NCBI GenBank assembly: GCA_035221665.1
Contig: CM069133.1
Location: 53,320,001 to 53,384,000 of the forward strand
DNA: 64,000 nucleotides
Direction of reading: 5' to 3'
Origin: Okamejei kenojei
Lineage: Eukaryota
Shown: positions 63,701 to 64,000 of the stretch, piece after piece
Layout: every line of letters starts with the position of its first letter
Position numbering within the stretch: position 1 is the stretch's first letter
Notes under the pieces: generated by a model
Databases searched by the model: none
The model's input: the letters and a program-made list of their open reading frames with translations, nothing else
What the model was told of the DNA's origin: nothing
Made by a program: the position numbers and the translations under genes

Positions 63701-63794
63701 TTGAAGAAGGGTCTCGACCCGAAACATCGCCAATTCCTTCTCTCCATAGATGCTGCCTCATCCACTGAGTTTCTCCAGCATTTTGTCTACCTTC
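63701..63794 (+). mobile_element. Hammerhead element
   Basis: tgaagaagggtctcgacccgaaacatc, with C3 lost and the CpG decayed. Confidence 0.85.
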
Positions 63795-64000
63795 CTGTTC
63801 CTACATTGTCAGTCTGTGTAAGAATAAGGCAAGGAAAATTGAAAAATACCGCAAATAGTTTTCATCAGATACTAAAAGAGATGGATCCAAGTTTACAAGC
63901 TGAAATAATTCTATTTTATTAATTTTTTTTACACACTCATTGCTCGGATACTTTCAAAGAGTAGAAAGATTGGATAAAAAAATATATTGCCTCTGGTATC

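Noticed and set aside
541-63794. Recurrent ~100-bp repeat as a CRISPR-like array or tRNA-SINE
   Set aside because: It is dispersed, occurs in both orientations, has no regular spacers and lacks A/B boxes; it fits a Penelope pLTR segment.

Overview
Vertebrate genomic DNA from a cartilaginous fish, most likely a skate or ray; this is inferred from the CR1/HE1-type V-SINE/Penelope/Rex1 repeat complement, and the species is not identifiable here. The window lies in the basonuclin-2 (bnc2) locus on the minus strand. One recognisable coding exon (44515-44610, MQFNTGAASTEPAFMGTWPNTETNLLFRMSQQ, phase-0 GTGAGT donor) is followed by a long intron running to position 1. The rest is non-coding: CR1, Rex1/Babar, L2, L1/Tx1 and Penelope fragments, SINEs, Harbinger-like MITEs, CpG-rich and transposon-free stretches, three short N-runs and a 4.5-kb G/purine-rich tract whose long ORFs are artefacts. 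The most interesting signal is about 12 loci of a ~100-bp Penelope-pLTR-derived element carrying a minimal hammerhead ribozyme (CUGANGA-A-stem II-GAAACGUC, no intramolecular stem III, ACGU dimerisation palindrome). Several copies have 11-12-bp TSDs, three loci are head-to-head inverted pairs, and many copies have lost the palindrome's CpG. All family assignments come from recalled motifs, not database searches.
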